64,000 nucleotides of DNA from the human T2T-CHM13v2.0 reference genome, Homo sapiens. Made by a program: the position numbers and the translations under genes. How positions within the stretch are numbered: position 1 is the first letter of the stretch; the number at the start of each line of letters is the position of its first letter. Below, in pieces: positions 32,531 through 46,529 of the stretch. The notes under the pieces were generated by a model, which saw only the letters and a program-made list of their open reading frames with translations, was not told the origin of the DNA and did no database searches. The stretch lies in NCBI RefSeq assembly GCF_009914755.1, contig NC_060930.1, one strand, 5' to 3'.

Positions 32531-32739
32531 ATTAACGGTGAGGGCAATAAGGGTGAATTTTGATGTGTTAAAAAGCTAAGGTAGAGGCAGGGGAGGGATG
32601 CAGAAAGACAGGACACAGTTGAGAAAACAGCTCCTGGTTCTCAGTGACCCTCAACACTGAAGAAAGTCCCCTGTCTAGGAAGCAAAGAAGAATTAACAAC
32701 CACGGAGATCACTGGCCAGTTTAGGCATCCAGGTGTTAC

Positions 32740-32830
32740 ATATATATATATATTTTTTCATATATATATATATGAATATATATATATTTTTTCATATATA
32801 TATATATGAATATATATATATATATATGAA
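32740..32830. repeat. AT-rich 34 bp tandem repeat with palindromic units
   Basis: TTCA(TA)6TGAA at 32757-32776 and 32791-32810. Confidence 0.9.
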
Positions 32831-33127
32831 CAACCCTACTTCCACAAGAGAAGGTTGTCTTACCAGTATTTTTGTGTGTGTGCCCTCTGTATCCCTGCCC
32901 TCCAAATGACGTTTAGGCAACATTACTTGTATCTCTTCTCCTCACAGATTCAAACTGGCCTAGGTGAAGGGGGCATCTAGAACATGACTATCAATAAGGG
33001 CTTTGATTCAGGTTAACCAAATATATTTTTGGGTAGCAGAAAGCAGGTAGCTATTCCTTTCTAGGGAATTTTTTTTCAACCTTGTTTCTGTTTTATCCAA
33101 CAGAGTTGCATTTTCCCTTAGTTTCTT

Positions 33128-33433
33128 CTTTTTTTTTTTTTTTTTTTTTTTTTTTTGAGATGGTTGCTCTGTCACCTAGGCTGAAGTGCAACAGTGTGAT
33201 TTCAGCTCACTGCAACCTCTGCCTCCTGGGTCAAGCAATTCTCCTGCCTCGGCCTCTGAAATAGCTGGGATTACATATGTGTGCCACCATGCCTGGCTAA
33301 CTTTTGTATTTTTAGTAGAGACGGGGTTTCACCATGTTGGCCAGGGTGGTCTCGAACTCCTGACCTCAAGTGCTCTGCTTGCCTTGACCTCCCAAAGTGC
33401 TGGGATTACAGGCGTGAGCCACCGTGCCCGGCC
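33128..33433 (-). mobile_element. AluS
   Basis: Poly(T) followed by a reverse-complement Alu dimer ending cccggcc. Confidence 0.95.
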
Positions 33434-33854
33434 TTCTTTTCTTTATCAACGTCTTCCAATACATCATATTCTGACTGGTATCTAAAGAGACCACACATTG
33501 AGGTTGACATATTGAAAAAAAAGAAACTAAGAATGTATGAGAAATCAATTCAAGGCTTGTGAACTTAACCATACCGTCTAATAAACTCCATAATAAAGAC
33601 TAGAACATAAAAGATTGGGTTCTTCGTCATATCATTCCCCTCTGAAACCTCAACTGAAACACTGAAACACTCATTCTGGGCAATTAGAACCAGAGCATTT
33701 GGAGTGCATTTTTTTTTCTCTTCCCATTACAGTGCTCAACTTTGTTGGATCTTTTATAAATACTTGCAGCCAATCTGTCTACTTTCTTTGATAAATTGTT
33801 GAGAATTATTAAATAAATTATCACTCTCTCTTTTTGTTACCTTTTAAAGAATCA

Positions 33855-34410
33855 TTCAAGAGTTCTGAGCAAAGGAGAATCATTGCAGATTTGTGTTGCA
33901 GATCAGTCCCTTTAGAGGCTATGAAGAACAAAGTCAAAGTGGGTGAGGTTGGAAGCAGAAAATCCAAATAGAAGTTGGTGATATCCCAAGGAAAAGGTAA
34001 TGAGCTACTGAGCCAGGAGAGTGTGGTAGGGAAGAAGAAGATAGGAAATATTTTAAAAATTAGATTTAGCAATTGATTGAATATGTGGCTAAAGGAGACA
34101 GGTTTATGGAGGAAGAGCAGGATCAGGAGCAAAAACAAATATTTCATTCTCAAATCAGTTGAGTTTCGAATCTTCAGGGATGAATGAGATAAAAAGGCCC
34201 AGCAGAGAGTTGTACTGACATGAAATTTATGGAGACATCTGAAGAGGAGTAATAGACTGAGGCATCATCAACTGCAGGTGATTGGAATTATGAGAATAGA
34301 TGAGGCAACTCAAGGAGAGCTCAGAGTGGGAGCACATAGTAGGTCAAGGACAGAACTCTTAGCCACAAGGTTAAAGAGGTAAAGGAAAAAAGAAATGTCT
34401 GTGAATGATA
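33855..34410 (-). mobile_element. L2 fragment
   Basis: Purine-rich L2 antisense motifs (gagttctgagcaaaggagaatcattgcagatttgtg; atttagcaattgattgaatatg). Confidence 0.55.
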
Positions 34411-34411
34411 T

Positions 34412-34876
34412 TGTGCCAAATACAATATATTAATATTCAGGGCTAGTCTCACCTTCCTAAGCACTCCCTTTTACTTTGGAGACTGAAAGCCTTAGAAACT
34501 GTGTCACTCCAACTCTCTTGACAGTCATGTCTCCATTTAGATGTTATAAATTTAAGAACTTACATAAGAATAGAAGGCAGAAGAGGAGAAGATGTGGTTC
34601 TCTGAGGCTATGTGCTGGCATATCAGCAGATGGCCTTAGATGGCCTCAGATATTTACTAGAGGCTTCTGGGTACTGTCCTGAGAATCATTCAATTCAGTG
34701 ATACAGACAAGAGTGTTTATTTGCTGTATTTTTACTGGGATTTTGTGAACCTCCAGCAACTTCCTTAAAATTTGCTCCACAATGATTATAATGGTTCTAA
34801 TTGCCTATATTGAATGTCTTCCTCTTCAAAGTGCTCACAATAAGGTCTGTGTTGGTGAACAAGCCTTTACTAAGAC
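34412..34876 (+). mobile_element. Old ERVL-type LTR (LTR33-like)
   Basis: ctgaaagccttagaaactgtgtcactccaactctcttgacag and an ..actaagaca end; family assignment tentative. Confidence 0.4.
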
Positions 34877-35359
34877 AAAAAGTGTAGTGTCAGAGAGGTA
34901 TAGAGACAAAAACCTTTTTCATCATGTTGAGAGTAAGTGACCCATGAAAAAAGTAGACAAGAGGCATAGACTCATTCTGGGGAGAGAACCCCTTTTAACA
35001 GGGAGAAGAGACATATTAAATGGCACCTAAAAGGGGAGATGAGTCCAAATAACTTGAGTGTGAGCATGTGTGTGTGTACCTTATGATAAGATAGACCCCA
35101 GCAGGTTTATAAACTAAGACAAGAGCCCATAGAAAGGGAAAAGGTGAAGACATATGAAATAGTAACTATGACTGATGAAGTAAGATCCTGGACTAGATGG
35201 AAGGAGTCAGGACCAGTGCTGGGTAGGCTGGCTGTAAACAGGAAGAGGGGTATTCTATTCTTCTAAGATGATGGCAAGAAAGAGGGTATGAATTGGGAAG
35301 TTGGAAGAGGATCCACTTGCCTTGACAGAATAGATTCCCAGTTCAAAGGACAACTGGGT

Positions 35360-35830
35360 TTGGCCCCAGAGCCATTCATACCACCTTCTTTTGGCAATCA
35401 AACCCTTATTCCTCTTGGGAAACCACCCCATTCCATTTTCAACCCTGTGACTCTGGAGTGGCACACACGACCCAGTCCTAACCCACTCAGAACATCACAT
35501 TCCACTGTCCATAGTGATTGGTCCAGTCATGTGTTGCAACTGAGGTAATAGGCTGTGATGGGATGTTTGCTCTGGCATCTAGTTAACAGGCAGGTATACT
35601 TTCCTGCAGGGCTTTGAGCAGAGAGGATATGAGTTATCTTGTTTTCATGGCAGAAAGACTTTTTCTGATAATGGAATTAAAGCAGAAAGAGAGAGAGATT
35701 GAGAAAAACCAGGTCCTGGTGATATAGATCAAGTCCCTACTCTGAGCTTCATTTGAAGCCAGACATTCTCTGGACTTTTCGATTAGTTTAACCACTAAAT
35801 TGGCTGAAAATATCCTAAACCATATAGTGA
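35360..35830 (+). mobile_element. Old MaLR LTR (MLT1K/J-like)
   Basis: catagtgattggtccag..gtcctggtgatat..tgaagccagac..ctggacttttc. Confidence 0.5.
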
Positions 35831-36937
35831 GGTTGTCTGCTGAAAGTGAAGGGAGAGGGGCATAACTTAAAAAAAAAGAGAGAGAGAGAGAAAATCAGAC
35901 TGATAGCATAAACAGAAAAGGGAAGAATCTTAACGAATAATCACCCAGCTAGGCCATAAAACACAGTTCAGTTTGGCTGAACTCAACCATGCTAATGTCA
36001 AGCCCAAGTCAATAATTTGTTTTTTTAATGTTCTCTGTGGCAACCAAAGAAACTGATTTTTTTCATCACTTCCAATTGCCTTTGTGAAGTATAGACCGCC
36101 TTTGGCTGGCTCATATGACACCTAACATCTGGATAAAAATTGAAAAATGTCAGCCATGTGTTTTGTCAAACACAATTACAAACCCCTGGGTAGTTAGAAA
36201 ATATCTAATAATTGTTTCAGATTTCATCTGAATCATATACACACAGCATTTCTGATTCAAAACTTTCAGAGTTAAGGAACATAATCTCTGCACCCACCAT
36301 TCCTGTTTTACAAGTCAGCCCCCAGCCCAAATGTGATGTCACCTTCTCCTCCAACTTAATATTTCCCCTGTGTAGTGTTTTCTCAATGCAAATGCATCAA
36401 AATTTCAGCTCCATGAGCAACTATTCATGTTGGAATCATATATCTTATATTTCAATTTTGTTACATAAAAGGCAGAATTTACAATATTCAAGTTAGAAGG
36501 TATATATGGATTTAAAAGGGTAAAGCAAAACCTTGTTGCTTTTTTTAACCAGGAATGAAGCTGATGTTCAGGAAGGTTAAGTAACTTGTACAATATCCCA
36601 TTGCTAGTTAGTGGCTAACCTGAGGCTTGAACCCATGACTTTTGGCTACTCCCACTACTATACTATGCCACTTTCACCTGTCATAACCTGCTCAGAAGTA
36701 AATTTTGGTTACATTACTATTTTGCAGTAAGGAGCACTTTGTAGCTCTGAATATATTTAGAGCTACCCAAAATACTATCGACCATTCCTAAAATGCTTCC
36801 TTTTAAACGTCCATTAAAGTTCAGGACCAGTCTCACCCTTCTAACCACTCCTTCTTACTGAAATCTGAAAATTTATCTATATCATTAAATATCTAAGAAC
36901 CATAGCTATTGTATCTCTGTCTACACACCATTCCTAG

Positions 36938-37125
36938 TGAGACAGCCAGGTGGGAAGGGCGCCCAGAAATAAAATCCAACCGGCCGGCGCACTGGGAGAA
37001 GTGCACATTGGGGTGGAGCCACAGAAGTCTGCACCATTTGCAGTGGGGAGGAGCCTGGCCCCTCCTCTTCCTGGGTGAAACCTGGGATTCAATCTGTGAG
37101 GTGGAAAGCCCACTGGCAGGAAGCA
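36938..37125 (+). mobile_element. ERV1 LTR 5' fragment, MER48-like
   Basis: TGAGACAGCCAGGTGGGAAGGG..GGGGAGGAGCCTGGCCCCTCCTCTTCCTGGGTG; truncated after about 190 bp. Confidence 0.65.
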
Positions 37126-37145
37126 GTGAAATTTCAGAAGCTTCC

Positions 37146-37662
37146 TGTATTAGTAAAATTAGGTACAATCCTGAGTAAAAGAAAACCAAAACCAAATTAT
37201 TAAAAAGAAAACCAAATTATTTTTAAAAACCATATTATTAAATTTACTCATAAAGAAAGTTTGGGGTTGGGCAATCCAGGGCTATTATAGTATCCCATGG
37301 AATCAGGGTTTCAGGCTTCTTCTACATCATTATTTTGTCGTCTTCAGCTTGAGTTTTTCTACTTTAGGATTCAATACGTTTTCTAAAATTCAAACTATCA
37401 CATCTGCATTCCAGCCAACAGGAAGAAAAGAGTGCACCACTCCCCTCAAAGTATGAAATATGTATGAACTACATTTCCTGTGAGTTGTACACAATACTGC
37501 CACTTTTGTTGGTCAGAGGCTAGTCACAGCTGTATCTACTACAAGGGATATTAGGTAATCAATCCTTATTCTGGATGGTCTTGAACTTACCTAAAAATTT
37601 GGAATTTTATTGAAAGGAAAAAGGAGGGAATAGGATTTGGAGACCAATGCCAGTCTGCTACA
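37146..37662 (-). mobile_element. MLT1J-like LTR
   Basis: tgtattagt..gggcaatccagggct..cacatctgcattccagcca..ttggtcagaggctagtcacag..cagtctgctaca. Confidence 0.6.
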
Positions 37663-37849
37663 CTATCCTATCAATATCATTGAGTTGCTAAAAATGTGGA
37701 TTTGAGATATTACACATAAAAGTGTATACTTTAGAATATAAAGCAGTTTTATTGTGCTATCTAGTAATCCACCTTCAAGTATACAGAAAAAGATGTTTCC
37801 TTACATAGTGCTATTCCTGGGTGTTTTATATCAAAGTACAGACGTGACC

Positions 37850-38264
37850 ACCGTGAGTATACACCTGCCAACCTCTATTACAGAGAGCCTTTCTAATTGA
37901 CCATGTGCCATGGTGTTTGCATGGAGGCTATGCCTCCTACAATCTGCTCCCAGCCAATGACTGCCTGAGGCAGGTTTGTTGAGACAGTCTCATTCCTGGT
38001 AGACTAGGGACCCTTCTAACAGCCAACTTTGGCTCCAGGACTCTAGACAGTTTCACTGAAACTTCCTTAGATAACACAGCAGTCCGGGATGCTCCACCAA
38101 ACCTTCTCTTCCTCTTTTCCTCACTTGAGGTCAGATTTGCATCATGGCCTGATGGCTCTCCCTGTCTTCTCCAGCCTGTCCCATGCAGATACTTCCCTTA
38201 ATAAAATCCTTGCATGTTTAATCCTGTCTTGACATCTGCTTCTTGTAGGACCCAAATTAACATA
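37850..38264 (+). mobile_element. LTR16-like (ERVL) LTR
   Basis: cccagccaatgactg..aactttggctccaggactc..aataaaatccttgcatgtttaatcctgtcttgacatctgcttcttgtaggaccc. Confidence 0.7.
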
Positions 38265-41200
38265 ATATTTGATGAAAACATATAACTCATGGAATTTCTT
38301 TTCCATGGTAAAAGAGACTTTTGACAGAACTAAACTATTGTTAAATAAGCACATCTTCAGGATCATGTTATATGTTCACATTCATCTCGAAAAAATTCAA
38401 ATCTCATAGATTATTTTTAATTATGGTAGCAACTAAATATTTTGTCACATTATTTCTTTTTAGATACAATGGCAACATTTTACTTGGCTTATAACCACAG
38501 AGTTGGCATAAGTACTTCATAGTAATAATTTAAAAATCTAAAATAATATGCATATATGTTTAAAAACTATTAGTAAGGGTCTTTTATGTTTACAATTTTT
38601 GTTCATTCATTAATCAAATATTGTGTAACCACTGTGCATTAGGTACAAAGTTAGACTCTGGAGAGATAAATAAAATACAACTACCCTCAAGCACTTTGCC
38701 ACCTGGTCATAGAAAAACATTTGTAACAGCCAACTACCAAGCCCTCTAAGCCACAACCCTTTCTTTATTAGTGGGAATTTTGACCAGGAAAGACCATGGA
38801 TTCAGACCTCAAAGAGGCCTGCATGCTAGGTCACAAAATAGAAGATGCACATCTGTACTTTTTCTTCAAACTCTTCAGAGTAACCCGTGTGGAAAGGGAT
38901 CCTGAGAGCAGAGGGTCAGTGAAGAAATGAGAAGCCAGAAATAAGATAATCTAGGACAGCAGAGAGAAGAGTCTGCCCACTCAAAGTCTGACATAGAAAA
39001 AGTTTTGGGAGTCATTACCCATCCACAAACTCTGGAGAAGAGTACTGGAAAAAAAGGAAGAACCGAGGAGGAAAACTTGGAAGAAAATATTGCTTATTTG
39101 GGCTTTTTGTTGCTGTTGTTTTTACATCTCCCAAGAATCCTTCTAGCAATATTTGGACTACTGTCCTCCAGGTTTTTTGCTAGCTCATACAATGGCAAAA
39201 AGTAGAGCTGCTATATTTTTCAGAGCTCTCAGCACAAAACTTCTTTAAAAAAAACAAAATTAAAAACATTTAAAAGTAAATACAGTTTAGCTAATTTCAA
39301 ATATTTCTCAATAAACTTTTATATTGAATATATCAAATATGAGAATTTTATGAGCAAAACAAATTGTTAAGGCACTACATATTTTCATGTCCCCAAACAA
39401 CTAAAGTGACTTTTGCTCTATAAAACACTCTTAGAAAATTAAATATTGCCTAAGTTTTAAGTTTTACCAAAATGTCTCTTCTTTCTTAGCTGAATTATTT
39501 TTACAGAAATTATATTATTTTATACAGAAGGACTTATGAAAAAGGCAAGCAGCTGTGAATGGCAGGGGTCCAAGGAATAGTTAAAACTCAATGAGGTTAT
39601 GCACAGTCCTTAGAAGACTTGAAGTTCCTTGCAGACAGACCTTGTCATATACCTGTCCTGTGGCTCTCTACAACTCCTACAACAGATCTGGATGCCCAAA
39701 TCCTTATGAAGTAGATGCATGGGGGATGGACAGTTGAACAAATGGGAAATAGGAAAGGAGGGAAGAGAGCAGGGATGAGGGATGAGGCCACCTCAGAGCA
39801 CTCAGCATTGGAAAGAAACTGGGAGGAAGCATGCCAGACTAGGAATCTAGTGACCTTAAGACAGTCAAGAAAACAAACAGCAGATTGTCTTTGTCTTCAA
39901 AAATAAACAAGTAGAAGAAGAAGCCAGCTGAACTAATGAAAATTGGTTTCCTATGGCTTTCTCCTAGGAAATAAAAACAGCTCACATAGCATTCTTGGTA
40001 GACACAGGTGTCTAGGAAATTAATTGCAAGTTAGCCATGAGGGTGACCAAAAACTTGATCTGCTATGACATTGAGGGTAGGGTATGAGGCCCATGGGCAC
40101 CAGTACATTAGGACTCTCTACTTCGAATAGTCCTTTCTTCTCTTTGAAGAGCACAAAGACTTGGGTTCATGTGGTCCTGGCGCTGAGCTTCAGTTTGGCT
40201 TTAACATCTGCCTTGGGATTGGAAGAGAAACTATTTGAATTTGGTGGGAAATAAAATTCTGGCAACTGCTGCCCGGGCTTGGAAGCTGAGGCATGTTGAA
40301 GGCCAGCAGGCTGCAAACCCTTGTGGGTTGTGCTACAAGACAGGGCACTGAGTGCTGCTCAGAGGTCACCTTCCTCACCAGGCTAGTCAGAAGGAACCTC
40401 CTCCTTTCTCAAACTTCAGCAGTTTGTGCGTCCCTTATATACTTTATCTTAATCAGCTTTCTGCTCATTATTTTTCAGCTTGTTCTTTCTCTCTTAGAAG
40501 ATCACAGGTTTCCTGAAAGTAGCATCCCTTTGCTTCCCTGTTTTTGGCTCATAGAGGATGCTCAAAGAATATTTGCTGAATGAATTGATCGAAGGACAGA
40601 CCAATGGAACACATCGTAGCAATATCCACTGTCTCTACTTCCCTATAATAAACTCTCTCCTCCTGAGCTTTTGTTATGCTTTCTCCTTCTCTCTCCTGAA
40701 ATCTCCCTTGGAAAGATTATCAAACACTTCCCAGCAGGTAAATTGAATAGTTTCTCGGATGCTACATCCTTCTGGGCCTCTTCAATATGCATTATGACTA
40801 TCCTACATTGTTTTAGGGACATCTCACTTTTTTGTGTTCTATTGCCTTGCCTTCTCTTGGATAATTTATTCTGAGTCTTCTCACCTTTTCTTCTATTAGC
40901 CAACAGCCATCCACAAAACATCAACTTCAAGTCATTTGACAAAATTTTATTGAGCGCCTACTACAGGACCAGATACTGTGTTCATGTCTCTAGGAGAAAA
41001 TCACCTCATCTGACTTCAGTTACCACCTCCATGAGCGTATGCAGAATCTGCAATGCCAAGAGGCAGGTCAGCTCTCTTTGCACAGTAAATGTGATGCTGT
41101 CAAGCAGACAGAACCGTTGCTGTGGTTAAAGGAACTGCAGGGTGGCTTGGGGTTGTCTAACATTTCTAAATCATAAACTCCCAGGTTCTGTTTTTATTGT

Positions 41201-44200
41201 CCTCCCCTTACCTGCTCCTCCCCTGACTGATATTATAAATCACTACCCACCTACATGTCATTCCTCTTTCAAATTGCCACCCTTTACTCCCTTTTCCCAC
41301 TTTCCAGGTTAAAATTGAATAAATTCCACTGCAGAGAATATCATTTTACAGAAGTAACTAATTTCCAAACCCCAAGGCATTGCTGAAATAATTCTTTCCT
41401 CTGATGACACTCCCCCTTCACCAAAAACACTACTTGCTTTGTAATTTTACATATCATTTCCTCTGTACTTTCTTCTCAGTTCAGTGTGACAGCCATTGCA
41501 GACATCTCCCGTAGGAGATGTGCCATCTGTGTGCAGTAAACAAATAGCACTATGAGGTCTCTGCCCTATAGAGGCTCCCTCCCTTTTTGATGGGGGAGTA
41601 AGACAAAGCCTCAAGAAAGAAGTCAGTTCTGTCCCACATTTTTATCTGCCTCCAGTGTGGGTGCTCTCCACTGAGTTGCCAAATTCTTCCTAAAAGTTTG
41701 AAAGATCTCTCTCCCCTATGGCAAGTTTCCCAAAGCAGTTATGACCACATCTGCCTCTACAAGGGAACCCCCCTTATGGAAAGAATCCAAACACATGAGC
41801 CTTCTGTCTCCAGGATCAAGTTCAGGCCTCCACATTTTGGCTCCAAAGCATGGTCCTGGTCTTCCCCAGCAGCCCAGGAAAGTCCTAGAGGACCTTCTGT
41901 GCACTTGACTTTTGGCCAACCTGAAGCTTTGCAGGTTGCACAGTACCTTTCAAATGGGTGGGGAAGAGAAAGGAACAAACATGTAGCCCAGCTGTACTCT
42001 AGGGTCTTTAACTCATTCTCAAGCGGCTTGAATTTGGCAAACCCAAAATACTCTTTGCCAAGAACTTTTTTGCCTTAATTTTTTAAACCCATGTGAATTT
42101 CCAAGAAAACTTGGTCCGTATGTTTCTGATTCATTTACACTTAACTCATCACAAAGTTGTTGTGAAATAGCCATTTAATGTCCAAGAAGCCTTTAGAAGT
42201 CCTTTCCTATGGCTTTTCTCCCTTGCCAATGCTAAATACAATTCCAGTCCAGAATCTCCAACTTAAATTTGGATCTAAACTCAAAACTCAGTTTTCAGAA
42301 AGAAAACTCTTGTCTTGATAAAAGATTTCTTGTCAGCAAGTAGCCGATTTAAACTCATAGGAAACAGAATTCCCTGAAGCTCCTGAAACTTCCTCCAATT
42401 CAAGATTTCCTCCCCCTTTCCAAACTCATGTTAGATCAAAGGCAGAATGTTGATATATAAATGGACATTGCACCAGGTCCTGCCTCCATTGTAGCAGAAA
42501 CCCCAGAGAGAACAGTTGCCCTAACATTTGCTATCAGATATTTCAGCTTGAAGTTTTGAGGAGAATTACAGTCACTTCCTCTCAGTATTGAACTTTATAA
42601 GCTGCAAGAGGCTTTGATCTCTACAAATTCATCCACCAGTTTCTAACATGCAAAGTAGCCTGACCATCAGCTATAGAAGGCCGGAACTAAAATAAGTATC
42701 CATTTACCTCATATACAATATAATCCTAAAATAAGCCAAAATCAAACTGATAGAGTTTAGGAGGAAAAGGATGTTTCAGGACTGTGGTTTCCAGCTGGTC
42801 TTTTGGTGTGGGCATTGTGGTATTGGTTTTAGAATCAAATGCTGCAAAGAGGAAGCAGGAGGATCAGGGAAGGTCTTCCATACTTGTTCAGGTGTTTGTA
42901 CATGGGAGCGAATTCCAAAGCCTCAGGCATCCCGGGGAAAGTGGGCAGAGCTAGCCAGGTTGGAGAGGAAAGTGATGAGGGTGCACGCTGGGTACTTCTT
43001 GGCCAGGCATTCACTCACTCAGGCCCAAGTGCCACCTCAGCACCCTCATCTTCCTGCCAGTGCTTTTTAGCAGAACAAAGACTCTTCAGATGAGGGGAGA
43101 TCAAGACTAGGTCACAGAGGAAAAAAAATTCACTCCCAAACAATCCCCTCCTTCACCTCTGTGCTCTCCTCCCCATCTTTTTTATTTCCTGCTTATTCTT
43201 AAATCATTTTCTTAAGCATTTTAAAATGATATTTGCATTTAATCATCTGGAAAAATATCCTTTACAGCAGCTCCAGAACTCTTTCAAATGCCCCTCCATG
43301 AATATAAACATAACTTGAACCATTTCAAACAACTCCCTCTTGGCTCAGTAAAGTTACCATGTTTTTCCCCCTTATTTTAAATTGTGCAAACAATTAGACA
43401 TTTTGAAAACGGCATACATCAAGTAAAGCAAGTCAGGTTTTAATTACTTTAAAACCTTTATAATCCCTGCTGTCAAAATCAGCCCTCTCCCCTTGGGCAT
43501 GTAACATTTAGCAATATTGTGATATCTTTCTGGTTTGACCTAAATATCTATTTACTTAATTAAGTCAGTATAGAGGCTGATAGGTCAAAAATTAGGCATG
43601 ACTAGTTAAACAGCAGATACCTGCTACAAGATTTCAGAGTTAAGAGGAATTGTAAAATTAAATGCATCTTTAGAGGTTTGTAACTAAGTTCACATTTGTA
43701 TTTAAATACCAAATAATCTTCCAATTTTTATGCATAGTTTTCAGTCACTGTAACAAAAACATGATGTCCTGCTCATGCTGTGAGCACTGTGCTGGGTTTC
43801 CTTGTTTACATTCACAGCTGTAAACACAGTCTAATCCAGACTTGCTTGGAAGGAAATTCCCCATTGTTGCCTGCATTCACCATGTTGAGAAAGCTAGAAT
43901 TTCATTCTTTTCCTCACATTCTCATTCTTTATGCATTGGTCCTTAGGCATTTAAACTTTTCAGGGTTTGACTTCTCTTCTACCTACCAAAATCCCAACTC
44001 AGGTTTACTTTCTCTAAATGTTAACTCCTCTCAGATTTCAAAATAAGTTATAAATAGAAAACTGTGCCAGGAGAATTTATTAAAAGTCATTTATATGCAA
44101 ATGTCTTTGCTTTAGCCCCACACTTGCCCAACATACAGCTTCCTGACCATGTACTTGAACCCATCCATCTTTCCAGGCAGAGCTTGCCTCTCAGCTCCTG

Positions 44201-45945
44201 TACCAGAGCCACTCTGGTGACTCCAGGGACAGGGATTTTTAAGTAGAATTTTTAGCTCTTTTAATTGCCCCATCCAAAAGGACCCTAAATCAGTGCAGTG
44301 GCAGTAAACGGCATTAAAACAGGCTCTATAGGATTAATCAGAGGAGGGTTGAAAGAGGGTTTTGAAGAAAGGAGACAAAGGAATGAAAAGAAGAGAGAAG
44401 TAGATGACAATGGAAAGGAATTAGAAGAAAAGGAAATTAAATATTAAAAAGTAAATACGAGCAAAAGACCATTAAATGTATTAAATGTATTTGTGTATAA
44501 CATACTTTTATATTTTATTGTATTCCTTGTGATTTTTTATTAGAATAGAGAAAAACTATATCCCTGAGGTTCTGAAAATGGAACAAATATCAAAATTTCT
44601 ATAGTCCCTGAACTCAAAAAGAGCATCCTATGTACATGGAGTATTTTTAGGGCTAAGGAAAATGCTTGCATGTAATTATTTAATTTTAAAGACAGATTCT
44701 TGCAACTGAAATGGCAAGGAACAGACAAGATAGGTCTAACTCCTTTGAGGAACTGGAAGCCCTCTGTAATTTTGCTGCACTTTACAAATGCAAAGACCCC
44801 AAAGAAAAATCCAGAAAGCACACTGTTAACATGCAACAACAAAAGATCCTGAAATTACTTCTGAACCAGAGAATCAATAAATAATGTCCAATACACTTAA
44901 ATATGTTTTAACACATTAAAAAAGTAGACAGTCAGTATAGCATATTAACCAGAAAATCGTAGTACCTGACTACCCCATATAAAGGGAACGGAGTCACAGC
45001 AAGTGTGTAAATTAGCAAAAATGAAACCCTAAGTAGAGCAGCCCGGGCCAAATCCTTGTTTATTCAGGAAAACTGAGTGAAAAATCATTGAATGGAAGCA
45101 AACTAGAGGGTAGGGAAAAGGTGAAGGGAAGCCACAATGAAAAATAAAAATGGGCAACACTGCAGGAGAGACAACTGTGAACACTTCTCATGAAAGCCAT
45201 GAGGCCACTCTTGTGAAAAATGCACATGCACATAGTTTTGCAATCAATGTCAAGGAGTTCATAGACCCCCTCAGAGTCTCCTAGGGAACCCTATAGTAAA
45301 TAATAACATAAACATCTTTGAAGCCTACAGTAGTGTTTAACCAAGGTATTTGCGAAAGAGGAAACTGGAGAAAAACGCAACTGTGTCATTCAGAACAAAA
45401 TTACTGCCAAAGATTATTTTGCTTAAATTAAGACTGATGACTCCGCTATTAAATCAAAACTTGTGTTAAACTCAGGTATGGATAGTCCTATATCCCATTT
45501 TGTTTTCTTTAGAAATATTCTGTTGAAGATAGGGCCATTTCTGAAAGTTTTTAAATGTGAATATCATTTTTAATTTTTTTGATGCTCCTAACTCAATCAT
45601 TTCATGTGGTAATAAAAATAATTTGTGCTTAAGTGCTCTCCAAGGACTCTGTTCCAAGTTCTGTAATTCCTTTCATTTGGCCTACAGCCTCTGTGACATT
45701 TCGCTGCTAAGGGCCTCCCATGGGTTCCATCTGGATCATTGGAGTCTCTGGATAATTTGCATTTACTTTATGTTGAGTCAGTTCCTAATTCCAACATTGC
45801 AGTGTCAGAGATGGAATTAGTGCCAAGTTTTCTTGAGAGATTGAGACTTCAACATTTCCGAATATTGTGTCAGAGTGTACTACCTTATGAGGGAACAAAT
45901 TCAAATAGGGGTAAACAAACAATACAAAAAGAAAGTTTCTGTCTT

Positions 45946-46366
45946 TGATATGGTTTGGCTCTGTGTCCCCACCCAAATCTCATGTTGAATTGTAATCCCC
46001 AATGTTGGAGGTGGGGCCTGGTGGGAGGTGATTGGACTATGGGGATGGTTTCTCGTGGTTTAACACCATCCCCCTTGGTGTTGTCATGGGGAGAGTGAGT
46101 CATCGCGAGATCTAGTTATTTAAAAGTGTGTAGCACCTCCCCATGCTCTCTCTCTTTCTCCTGTTCCAGCAATGTAAGAGGAGCTGGCTTCACCTTCACC
46201 TTCGCCATGATTGAAGGTTTCCTGAGGCCTCCCCAGAAGCTGAACAGAGGCCAGTATCATGCTTCCTGTACAGCCTGCAGAACTGTGAGCCAATTAAACC
46301 TCTTTTCTTTATAAATTACCCAGACTCAGATATTTCCTTATAGCAATACAGAAACAGACTAACATA
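45946..46366 (+). mobile_element. MSTA-like solo LTR
   Basis: TGATATGGTTTGGCTCTGTGTCCCCACCCAAATCTC start; 5 bp TSD GTCTT/GTCTC. Confidence 0.9.
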
Positions 46367-46529
46367 GTCTCACTCATAAAGAAGTATAAGTCAAACCCAT
46401 GATGTGATACTACTCTACAGCATTTTTTAAAGATAAAGCAATATTATTTATAAGGGTTAGTAATATTATAAAATGGTACAGTTCTTAGCCAATTGAAGTA
46501 TATTTTAGTAATACATAGAGAAAATAATA

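Noticed and set aside
41502-41521. 8 bp hairpin ACATCTCC-CGTA-GGAGATGT
   Set aside because: Short enough to occur by chance in 64 kb; no supporting context.
41698-42078. 126 aa ORF and overlapping antisense ORFs
   Set aside because: Non-ATG start, no recognisable domain, no splice or retrocopy signature.
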